64,000 nt of DNA, taken from Azolla caroliniana. Lineage: Eukaryota; Plantae; Polypodiophyta. Positions 40,840 through 51,561 of the stretch are shown here, piece after piece. Where the stretch lies: positions 62,001-126,000 of the forward strand of contig JBHGNT010000005.1 of NCBI GenBank assembly GCA_043228905.1, given 5' to 3'. Under the pieces are notes generated by a model. The model was not told where the DNA came from. It worked only from the letters and a program-made list of their open reading frames with translations, and made no database searches. Both the position numbers and the translations under genes were made by a program. Positions within the stretch are counted from its first letter, which is position 1, and every line of letters begins with the position of its first letter.

Positions 40840-41449
40840 TCAAAGAGACACCCTGCTGTGCTAATAAAATATGGAGTATCGAACTTGATATAAAGTGAAT
40901 TTGCTTCGAAGGTCATGCAATATAAAAAGGATGTAGTGGTGAAACTTGATATAAAAGCAAATTTGCTTTGAAGGTCATGCATGCTATATAAAAGATGAAA
41001 GAACCACATTCTATGTAAAATGTTAACCCATGTTTGTGTGGTGATAATTGATGTGGTATCCTTGTGATTATACTTGGTTTCTTTGTGCAAGGCGAATTTG
41101 TGTTCAGAAATGAACAATGTATTGCTATTAATTGCGAAACCTAAAAAATGTAAAAACGGTTGTTGGGCTTTGTGTTTAGAGATGAAGTCAGTGAGTGCAA
41201 TAGGTGAATGGGGTTTGAACTGTAATTGAAGAATGGGTTATAAAAAGTTGCGTTCATAACAGATGTGAAAATGGTTAAATGATGTGAAAATTGTGGTAGG
41301 ACTAGTGTTTAGAAATGATAGTGATATGGCCAGTGATTACCCATCTCAATGAAATGAGTGCAATAGGTGAATGGGGTCTGTGGAACTGCAATTCATGATG
41401 ATTGGGTTCTAGTTCAAAATAGACAATTCATGTAGCGAACCCAATTTAT

Positions 41450-41670
41450 TAGGTAGTGTTGGATGTAGTGTACATATAATTGTCACAAGAGGACGTAATT
41501 ATCCACTTCCAGTGTGCACTCCAGTAAAGCTCTCCAAAACTATGAAACACAGAATGTTTTGTGGTAGTGGTGGAATTAGTATACATATAATTCTCATGAG
41601 AGGACGTAATTATCCACTTGCAATGTGCACTCCAGTAAAGCTCTCCAAAACTATGAAACACAGGATGTGT
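41450..41670. repeat. 111-bp tandem duplication
   Basis: TACATATAATT..GAGGACGTAATTATCCACTT..TGTGCACTCCAGTAAAGCTCTCCAAAACTATGAAACACAG at 41471 and 41582. Confidence 0.9.
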
Positions 41671-42090
41671 GCTGGCTAACATCATGATATAGTCTTCCAT
41701 TGAAACTTACTGTCAGTATAGAAGTTACAAGACGGATTATTTTGTATGATTGATTCACAGTATAGAAGTTATAAGACTGGATTATTTGGTCTTATAGGCC
41801 ATTTTGGCCTCTTAAAATTCTGGCAGTTTTCCACCTCCATTTGATGAAGCATCAATAGATTGGGGCACATCAAAATTTTAAGTACCAGAAGGTTTTGTGG
41901 ATGTAGTTACTGTCAACGGAACTGCACAATTTCAGTGATTTGATATGGTCGATTGGGCAGCATTTTATTTGTTCTAATGGTGTCTTTCGAAAGCATTCCA
42001 TCTTACAAGTGCTCTTGTGATGCTATCTTTTAATTATGAAAGCATATAGCGTAAGCTATCCACAAATGTGTACAATTTGAGGCCTGCAAA

Positions 42091-42226
42091 AGTGTATTCA
42101 AAACATATTGATTGATGAAAGTAGTCAATGTATTTTGCACGTTTTGGCTGTGCAAGTAGTGTATTCAAAACATATTGATTGATGAAAGTAGTCAATGTAT
42201 TTTGCACGTTTTGGCTGTGCAAGTAG
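42091..42226. repeat. 67-bp perfect tandem duplication
   Basis: AGTGTATTCAAAACATATTGATTGATG..GGCTGTGCAAGT at 42091 and 42158. Confidence 0.95.
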
Positions 42227-43364
42227 GCGTTGGTTCAGAAAAAACATGAGGGATGATGTGCTTATGGCATACATCTGGAGAAGGCGAAATGGTTTGGAAG
42301 ACAACAACTCATTAGTGGAGTTTGGGATTGACTGAAGATTCAAGTTTCCCAAAAGAACTGCCAAGTTTGCGACATAATTACATTGATTTTGCCAAATCGG
42401 TTTCTAGAAGGGAGATTGTGTGCCTCTAAATCTAAAAGAATTCGTAGAAGTTACCTGGATTTGGTATTTGCGCTGTTCTCTCAGCTCTGCACTAAGTGAA
42501 ATAATAGATTTCGTGGTAATATATAGAACTTAAATCAATAAAACCTTAATGACATGATGGAGAGTTTTCCCTCTGTCTCTCTATCAAACTTTGCTCAAAT
42601 GCCAATAAAATAACATAGAAGAGAATGTGAGCTGGATGTGCTACTACAACAATTTGCTGGACGAGGGGACATTGATGATAAATTTACTCGTGAGACACCA
42701 TCCACCCTCATTAATAATAATCATCAAGCAAATGAGTGAGTGTAGTGCAGCAGCATTTTTTGTTCCCAACATTTTCTTTGTTTATTGCAATAATATTCCT
42801 GGACCTGGACCATCAAAAAGGCTTGGACAAAGAAAGATCGGACATGTATAGATATAGAAATTTCAATATTATATTGCAAAGAAGTCTATGAACACAAGAT
42901 CCTTGTTATCTACAGATATTGGAATTTCGAAAAACTTGAGAAATTTCAGCAGTTCTACCTCCTAGTAAAATTATGACTTCACTGTATGAGGCCAGCTTGT
43001 TGAGCTTAATGGTATCATTTATGTACCAGCACTTATTCCAGTATGTGCCAGGTGATTCGAGCAAATCTCCGTCAAAATCACCCTCTTCCTTGACCGGTCT
43101 TTCTGGCATGATTCAGCCATTGGTATCCAGCAAACTTAACACCAGTTGTAATCTATTCCACTAATCGGCGGCAGCTGTACATTCTAACCAAGAGAAATGC
43201 TGAAAAACTTCTTTACACCATAATTTGATGATCTATGCCATTCATAATCTATGCCATTGATCGGCAGTCCATTCTGGACTGAAGGGAAATACTGAAACAA
43301 ACTAATCTATGAAATCAGATCATAGAGAGCGAGCGAGTCTCCTCAACAAATCCGAAGTTTTTAA

Positions 43365-44384
43365 CTACCCAATGATTGCCATTCTAGTCGTCCGAACACC
43401 ACCTGTCCAAGGGTGGCGGCGCTGATGGTGCGAATGAAACGAATGCGATGAAGGAATCCTGGCATAAGCTGCAAGAGATCTGTGAGTGCCGTGAGACTGG
43501 AGGTGACCTGGGGAGACCTCTGTGATGGTCTCGAGGCGAGGGACCCATGACTTAGACCTAGTATAGGTCTTCATCATCCCCACATCTAGGGGGGCAGGGG
43601 GGCCATGATTCATGACAGTTACATGGCCATTATAGTTCTGATAGGTGTCCATCATCCCCACATCTAGGGCGGCAGGGGGGCCATGATTCATAACAGGTAC
43701 ATGGCCATCATTCTGATCATCTTGACATGGTGATTCAAGATGGCCAACGATGAATGGGGGAAGGCTAGATGGCGTTGTTTCTTCCGGAGGGGCATAGTGG
43801 CCATTCTCAAAATTGGCGATGGGTGGTGTGCAGGTCTGGCAAATGAGGGTAGCTGTGGGGCTGCTGCTGCTGCTGCCGCCGGCCTGGTGGTGTAGCAGCT
43901 TCTTTCTGAGGGCTTGGATCTCGTCATCGGAGAAGCGTGTGTGGAGGCGTTTCATGGGCATGAGGAGGTAGACATGTCCGGGCTTGAGAAGCTCGTCTGC
44001 AGCCATGGCCGCCGCCAGGGGACGGGGACCGGACATCGCCTGATTACTGGACATACCGCTGCCACTTCTTTCATCACAGGCCGTGACCGTTGAAGAATTT
44101 AGACAGCACACAAAATGGCCCGGGCTCTCCACCATCAATTCGGCTGCGCTAACTGGTAGCGACAGCCCAAGCCTCACTTCTTCTATGATTAGGATTACAT
44201 TATTCTTATTATTATTGATTTGGAGGACACCATTCTCACTGTTACCGTTATTCGTCATACCATTTGCAACCCTAATTCTATGCATCTTCCAAACCCCGAT
44301 TTCCTCTGATCTCTGCTGCTTCTTCAGCATGATTACATCTGGTTCTGCAATTATCTGAGATATACACGAGAAATGATTTCCCAT
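43365..44384 (-). CDS. PADRE (DUF4228) domain protein, single exon
   Basis: MGNHFSC N-terminus (myristoylation/palmitoylation-like), LPVSAAELMVESPGHFVC, ADELLKPGHVYLLMPM.RL, and the C-terminal SWVPRLETITE motif typical of DUF4228. Confidence 0.9.
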   Translation of the reverse strand: MGNHFSCISQIIAEPDVIMLKKQQRSEEIGVWKMHRIRVANGMTNNGNSENGVLQINNNKNNVILIIEEVRLGLSLPVSAAELMVESPGHFVCCLNSSTVTACDERSGSGMSSNQAMSGPRPLAAAMAADELLKPGHVYLLMPMKRLHTRFSDDEIQALRKKLLHHQAGGSSSSSPTATLICQTCTPPIANFENGHYAPPEETTPSSLPPFIVGHLESPCQDDQNDGHVPVMNHGPPAALDVGMMDTYQNYNGHVTVMNHGPPAPLDVGMMKTYTRSKSWVPRLETITEVSPGHLQSHGTHRSLAAYARIPSSHSFHSHHQRRHPWTGGVRTTRMAIIG

Positions 44385-45329
44385 GTGATCGAACTTTTAC
44401 TTCTTTCAATTCAAACAATCACAATATCAATTTAAGCTTGGTTGGGTCTCCAATCAGAAGGAGATCACTAGTAAGTAAGTAATACACCAAAATGAATTCG
44501 CCCACTAACAGCACACCAAAGTATAAAGCGCCCGTCCCCACTAACTAATGTCGCACTAAAATTTATAATCGCCCAACACTAATTTCACACCAGAATGAGA
44601 CCATCCACTAACTAATATACCACACCAATATAAAAAAAAAATCAGCCACAAACGGATATCACACAGGAAGATGTCTGAACACCAATGGATTTGCCACTCT
44701 TGAGTCTCACCTCAATCAGTACAGTACTTATCCCACTAATTAGCTCTAATTTAACAACACTCTAGTTTAGCACAAAGAAAGCGCAAGAATCGTATTCTAA
44801 AACATGATTCTAGAGAAATAATTACCCCACTAATTAGCTACTATTTAACATCCCCTAATTTATAACAAGGAGCGCGTATTGATTCGAATACATATGTATA
44901 TGATTCTAGATTATAGATCCTTCTATTTTTTCTTACGCAGTATCTTTCTTTTTCAAATAATTTGTTGATTGACTTGTTATTTCCCATAAAATGAAAAATT
45001 CAACGCGTTTATTATTATTTAGCAACGGATTTGGTTTTCGCTCCTCCTTTTGATTTTTAAGTTTCCTGTCTTTTAATTTCTATCCTTTTGGTCCACATTT
45101 TGAAATTGTCCACATGGTGCGTAAGCTCTGAGGGCGACTATTTTGTTTTCGTTCAAACTTTCTGATGATATTTGGGCCACATCTTATAATCATTTGCAAT
45201 CAGAGTGTGTATGTATGATGGCAATACCAACGTGTGTGTGCGCGTAGTGCCTGAGTCTCTCGTATCCATTGATTGAAGTTTGGGTGTCTCCTCCGTGTCT
45301 GTCTTTCTATGTTTATGTATGCCATATTT

Positions 45330-45650
<321 letters not shown>

Positions 45651-46337
45651 TATAGAGGGTGCAACTCATGGTGAAGTAAGGCCCGCCACATATTATTGAC
45701 TTGTAGACATACTTGGTTATTGTACAAGATGAGGAGCACATGCACACATTTCCATTCAATAACCATAACCCTTGTTCTTCTTTCTTTTTCTTTACGCATG
45801 ATCGACTTGAGTGTATAAAGGCACAAAGAATGGAAGTCATACCAATAACTATATTCACAACTGCCACTAAAGAAAATGAATTTCATGTGGAATATTGAAA
45901 ACGACAAGAGGAGCTACATATAACAACGTCAGAAGAAGTAAGTAGAGAATGAATGTATAGCAGTTTTTTAGTAGGAACAGATTCTATAAAGCATGCGCAA
46001 TCACACGGTGTCATGTTTATTTTTGAGCATGATGATGTGCTATATGGTTAAAGGGGCATAATCCAAAGGAATATTCTGACAAGTGGTAAGCATCTTTCAT
46101 CTTTGTTGGGGGATAATTGTACAACCCGTAGGGTGCGTTGGTGCTAACCTGTGTTATCTCCTCGGCATGAGATTTCCTCAAACATCCTCAAATGTCGAGG
46201 TATTCACGATGGTGAGGTTGGTCCTATCTCGCTCAAGTATGTATGTAGGTAGAGTTCCCCTAGATACATTTAGCTACACCATCATGGATTGGTATGCGAA
46301 AGAACTCCTTTAAAGTGTATAATGCACAAAATGTCGG

Positions 46338-46443
46338 TTTCGAATTCCCCAATACTCCATACAAGTATCAAATACCCATTTTAATTAATTTCGAATACCC
46401 CAATACTCCATACAAGTATCAAACACTCATTTTAATTAATTAA
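46338..46443. repeat. ~51-bp tandem duplication
   Basis: TTTCGAAT..CCCCAATACTCCATACAAGTATCAAA.AC.CATTTTAATTAAT x2. Confidence 0.9.
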
Positions 46444-47689
46444 TCATACTTGTGAGGTTACACATATTATTAGGACTAATGCATCCATCATAACAATGTA
46501 TAACTTAAGGCACATTTATCATACCCTTGTAATACAATTCTTATGTAGACCTTGTGGTTGTTTTGATTGTCTCCACAAGAAAGCCACTATTCACAATTAC
46601 ATGCTTGTGTGTTCTCACGCATAAGTTAGTTTGCGCAAAAATAGCCTTGATGATATATAGATTGGTCTCATGTGCCGAGAAAAGTTGGAATCAATAAGAA
46701 TATGATGCCAGCCTAATATCCAAAGACGGGTTTAAAAATTAGCTTGTTTAGTGTATGAACAATACACTTGACGATTGTATATTCAAAGCATGCAAATAAT
46801 AATTTGTTGTCAACCACTCACAAGATCTCACCAAAGAGGAATCTTTATTTGTTTGTACACCTAATATGAGGGCAGGCACATATTATTTGTGAATATTCAA
46901 ATTTCCAATGCAGATTTTACTGATCTACAAATCTCCAAATTGTGTACAGCCAAATTGACCAAAGCTTTTAACAAAAGTGCAGCTTTGAAAATGCATTTCC
47001 CATGTGTATGGTTTGCACTCCTTTTAAGGCCTTTCCGCAAATAGAACCCAAACAAAAATTGCAAAGCTATATATTAGGTAGGGTGATGAACATATTCTTT
47101 AGCTATATATAATAGAATGGACTCGAGAATATGATAAGATGAGATTGAACTGGACAAAGGCAATACGAGCATATGTTGCTTTTCATAGGTAGAATTTTAA
47201 TCATGTGGCTAGATAGATAGCGATATCTGGTTCGGTGAATAACTGTCCCTGTGCATAACCATTGAGGTTAATTCGACGACCAAGGATTGGCAATAGTAAC
47301 GAATTAATGAGGGAGCGAGTGAGAAAAGAAAGACATACATACTTATGTGAGATGTTTGAATCCTCATTAGAGGCACATCGATAATCTATTCATTGAAAAT
47401 ACACACTCCCAGAGAGCACACCAATTCCCACTCTATCCGGCAGAGCCTTGTTCCCAGAACTTTACTTACTTTCACAGAAGAGATGGTTATTGACAACCTC
47501 AGTTCAAGGAGAGGAAGTTTATACATGCAAATTGCTTCATCTTAGTAGGAGATCTGCATCCGACTTCTGAGTTACCGCCCTATCATTATCAGTCAGTCCT
47601 TTGGCCAAACTATATATGCATCTCTTCTTGAGCCATGACTCCAGAGTTAGGTGTATGGGCAGCTTGCAGAGAAAGAAAGGTATTTGATC

Positions 47690-48170
47690 TTTTAAGGATA
47701 ACCTGCTTTCAAATGACGGTTCTCTGCCCTGGATAGTATTTTCTCTGTTCCACTATCATTGAGAAAAGGGCAGGATATATTCTAGCTTTGTGAATTTTGG
47801 TACAGCTTTTGATATGGTCCCAAGAGCTCCGCTTGGTGTGTAGAATGACGGACTTGGGAGTTCCACATCAGCTGATATGCGGAGTGATGGCTCTTTATGA
47901 GAGATATACCCTAAAGAGGATCTGTACTTCAGAGAGTTTATGGCAAGTTCAATCAAGCATGGAAGTGAAGCGAGAATGCCCACAATCTCCAACTCTATTT
48001 GGACTGATTATCATGAGATGTCTTAGTACATTGAGGGAGAGAAAGAGAGAAGAAAGATATAATGTCTGCTGGAAGCCAAAATCATCCTTACCTCGCTTTA
48101 TGATGGCTCCTTGGCATGTTATCAGTGGATTTAAGGAGCTATAGAAGAAATCAATTACGTGCGATAGCAG
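47690..48170 (+). mobile_element. Decayed LINE RT fragment
   Basis: YSSFVNFGTAFDMVPR (FVDF.KAFD.VPR) and GVPHQLICGVMALYE..SSMEVKRECPQSPTLFGLII (GVKQGCPLSPTLFGLYI). Confidence 0.8.
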
Positions 48171-48294
48171 TTGCATCCCGTGTGCTAATATAATATTTTA
48201 GACCTATGTTGCGTTCGACAAAGATTTGGCCAAGGTGTCAAATGGTGATAGAGTCTGCATAGAGGGTTGTATACTTCTTCTCTCTGATGTGCTT

Positions 48295-49420
48295 GTAAGC
48301 TAGACAATTACACATAAAACGTTTATTTTTTTCTCTCTCTAGATAATTTGCAAAATCCTTTGGCTCTAGGTATGTGAAGTGCTCATCCTGCTTCAATCTC
48401 AAGTTGGTGAAAGGAGGGTTGGCCTATAGCTTGGCAAGCACTATATGACATGTAACATTCACCTACCTTGGTCTCTGTATAAACCATCCTCGAAGTTCAT
48501 GGAATGATCTTTGTAGTAGGCCATCTTTCAGGTAAGAGGCTTGCTTGGTACGATCCAAGATCCAAATCTTTCGGATATGATGCTGCCATAATTCTTGCTG
48601 ATACATTGTTGCCGTCATCATTGTGCACCACAAATCACAACTCATCTAGGAATCTTGTTTCCCAATCCAGAACTTTGATGGTACCACCCTGGCACAGTGT
48701 ATTTGCAAATCTATGCAACAATGCCAAACCAAGTCCTGGGTACATGAGCTCAAAAAGACCCAAGGGGAAGATCAATGAAGCTGAAAAATGGATCACGATA
48801 GCTAAGAAGGAAAAATCTAACGAGATGGAAGCCATGAACAATGGCACTTCATGTTCACGCCATTGCTCTTCAAGAAGTGATAAAAGTAGAAGAGGTTGCA
48901 ACAAAATTCAATAGTCTTATGCACATTTCGAAGGCTAAACATTTAAGGGTATGGAGCATTGGCAATGAGAACTTTTCGGACAAGAGTTCAGAGAGAGAAA
49001 CCTCATCCCCCAGTTCCCCATATTTGGAAAAATGTTGCACTCTCCAGAAAACGGGTATTTTCCACAAGGATGACCTACATTGGCTGAGCATATATGAGCA
49101 AGAACATGTTAAAGACAGAAAAGCTATCAGTTTATCGTGGTGTCAGGGTAGTGATACTAGAGCTGTGCACCACATGACACTTTAAGACCTATAGAGCCAC
49201 CATGAGAATAGCCACACGGAACTTTATTGGAGCTACATAATTGGATGTTGGAGTGTTTTTAGGATCTTAAATTTTACTCAGAAATACTCCAGCATCCCAA
49301 GAGTTCTTTGCGTAGTGTAAAACAATACCATACAGACAGGATACCAAATCTGGACGCAGAGACTCTTGGGGGTAGCATCCTGATGGTTTTCTTCTGCAAG
49401 ATCAGAACCAAGAAGTGAAG
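48295..49420 (-). pseudogene. Heavily decayed relic of a class II formin PTEN-like N-terminal region
   Basis: Colinear fragments RRKPSG, WYCF, GAQL*YHYPDT (cf. VAQLQDHFP), MLSQ..VILVE.YP..GECNIFP (cf. ILSQYDVTVIDYP..GCPLLP), ERWPT (cf. PEWPP) and RERKK*T (cf. QGKKNKT). Many stops and frameshifts. Confidence 0.55.
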
Positions 49421-49516
49421 CATTTATACCCACATGATGGAAGCAATCTGGTGCCTTTACCCTCCCATAGACTGATATTATCTTTTATCTATAATGATTG
49501 ATAGTCATTTTGTTAT

Positions 49517-49685
49517 CACAGCAAGAATATCAGCGAGTAGATTTTGCACTAAAAGTTTCTCACAAAGTTTCATTCACTAGATTCAGAAAAATAATAAAAA
49601 ATTACCTTGAGCAGTTCTCACAGCAAGAATATCAGCGAGTAGATTTTGCACTAAAAGTTTCTCACAAAGTTTCATTCACGAGATT
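49517..49685. repeat. Direct repeat with 102-bp period
   Basis: CACAGCAAGAATATCAGCGAGTAGATTTTGCACTAAAAGTTTCTCACAAAGTTTCATTCAC at 49517 and 49619. Confidence 0.92.
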
Positions 49686-49772
49686 TTGCATTGCCAAAGG
49701 AAGGGGAAAGTTTGCTTGATCTTTCAAGGCTTTCAAGAGACTTTCACCTTCAGCAATCACACACATAGGATC

Positions 49773-50100
49773 AGTTATAGTTTTAGATACAGGACAATCA
49801 TATCTACAGGAGTGAGAACAGAAATCATACTTCTGACGATGCTGAATTTATGGCTTCCAGACTCATTTTTAGATCTTGAATCTCCAGCTAAGTTACTCAG
49901 CGACCAAAACTTTAATTTTGATAGAGAAAATTTCAATCTTGCCACTGCTCTAGGCACTCACAGAAGTTCAAAGAAACACTGCCACATCATATTAAACCTT
50001 TAGCTCTATAAATTCAAGTAGTGTAGCTCTATCGAATGTTTGGGCTTATAATTAAGCATATACATGCAAGTGTGAGAGACAGACAAGCAATAAGAAAAAC
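49773..50100 (-). pseudogene. Duplicated genomic fragment of two formin FH2 exons plus flanking intron
   Basis: Nucleotide match to 58259-58600: ATCATACTTCTGACGATGC..AGATCTTGAA.CT, GCTAAGTTAC, TGCTCTAGGCACTC, AAACCTTTAGCTCTAT and GGGCTTA. Most of the internal intron is deleted. Confidence 0.88.
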
Positions 50101-51561
50101 TTCAAAATCTGGAACCTATATATTACATGCTATGCATATCTGCAATCCATAAAAATATTATTATATCCCCTACTCATATCATCATTCGTAAATGGCAATG
50201 CAGATTAGAAGTCCTAGAAATTCAATACATAGATAAAAAACTGCTAAAAAATAGAAGATATTTCTAACTTATCCACTAAATCAAACTAGAAAGAAAGATA
50301 TGTTTAACATCATTTAAGAGGCCAAACTGACCTATCAGACCAAACAGGATATGACATGTTAAAATGTTGTCTCATCCAAAAGAAAAACAAACCAGAACAA
50401 ATGTCTCCTCCAAGCAGAATTGCCTAAGGTACCACAATTGAGATTGTGATGCTTGGAACTGTTATGTGCACATTGCCTTTCAAGGACAACAGGGCTACAT
50501 ATCCATGAGAAAGTCGAGCATAGGGAGCCTCCCATAGAGATAACCGAGGCCCAGTGAATGTTACTCCTGTGTGTAAGATTGTGTGACCTTTTCCTTCTCT
50601 AAAAAAAATCCAGTTCTGATCTCATTACTCCTACTTTAGTCATCAAGGTTTACCAACAAATCTTCGTCCATGGAAAATGACTTCAATGCATCTAGATGCC
50701 TTTGTAGTTCCTCTATTGTGACAAAATCCTCATTTAACAAGTGGGATATCTAGATCCTTAATTCATCTAAAACTATGTGCCCAACTCCATTGGATGACTC
50801 AGTCAGCTAGATAACACTTGGCACACCAGTGGGACAACTTCATGAAAGCACTTCATTCCATAACTTCTGATATACCATCAAGTGCCTCATGCCTTCATCC
50901 ATATATCTATTTTTGCACATCCATTGATACTCTCTATTCTGTCTTGATCCATCATTCATCCTCATCTTCATACTCATCCATGATTCCTAATTGACTCAGA
51001 CCAATTACCAGCTCTTGAATTAGCTTGATGATTGATTATGCGTCATGCTCAAATCTTGGCCGAAGACTATTGATCGCTTAATTAATACCTCTCAACAATT
51101 GGCTACAATCAGCTATAGACCGTCGGCCCAATTATCCCTTGGCTACCAGCTCAGCTCGACAATCTATCATTTCTTGGCTCTCGCTCTGCTTGGGTGACCA
51201 GCTATTAACCATTGTCCCACACCTTTGTTATGTGCCCTTTCGTGAGTGGAATTTTGCCTCAATCTTCACCCACTAAATCACCCCATTTCTTATTTGCCCT
51301 CTTGTTCATCACTTGCACCATTGGCGGCTGTGTCTTACTACGGTGGTATCCCAATGGCAACAGGGGAAACCCAAATGACACCACATCATTGGCGATATTG
51401 GGAAATCAATAGTGGCAATATGGTGGCATCTATTACATTGACCATATTACTTAATACATAGTATATTAGTAGAGTGATTCTCTACCAATAAGTACTGATT
51501 TAATAACTATGTATATTGATTCCTGAGCTGCATTTTTAAAGTCTCTAATTATCAGAAACAA

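Noticed and set aside
50400-51460. Possible retroelement remnant (similar candidates at 24000-25000 and 47340-47650)
   Set aside because: No recognisable domain, PBS or paired termini could be established by eye.
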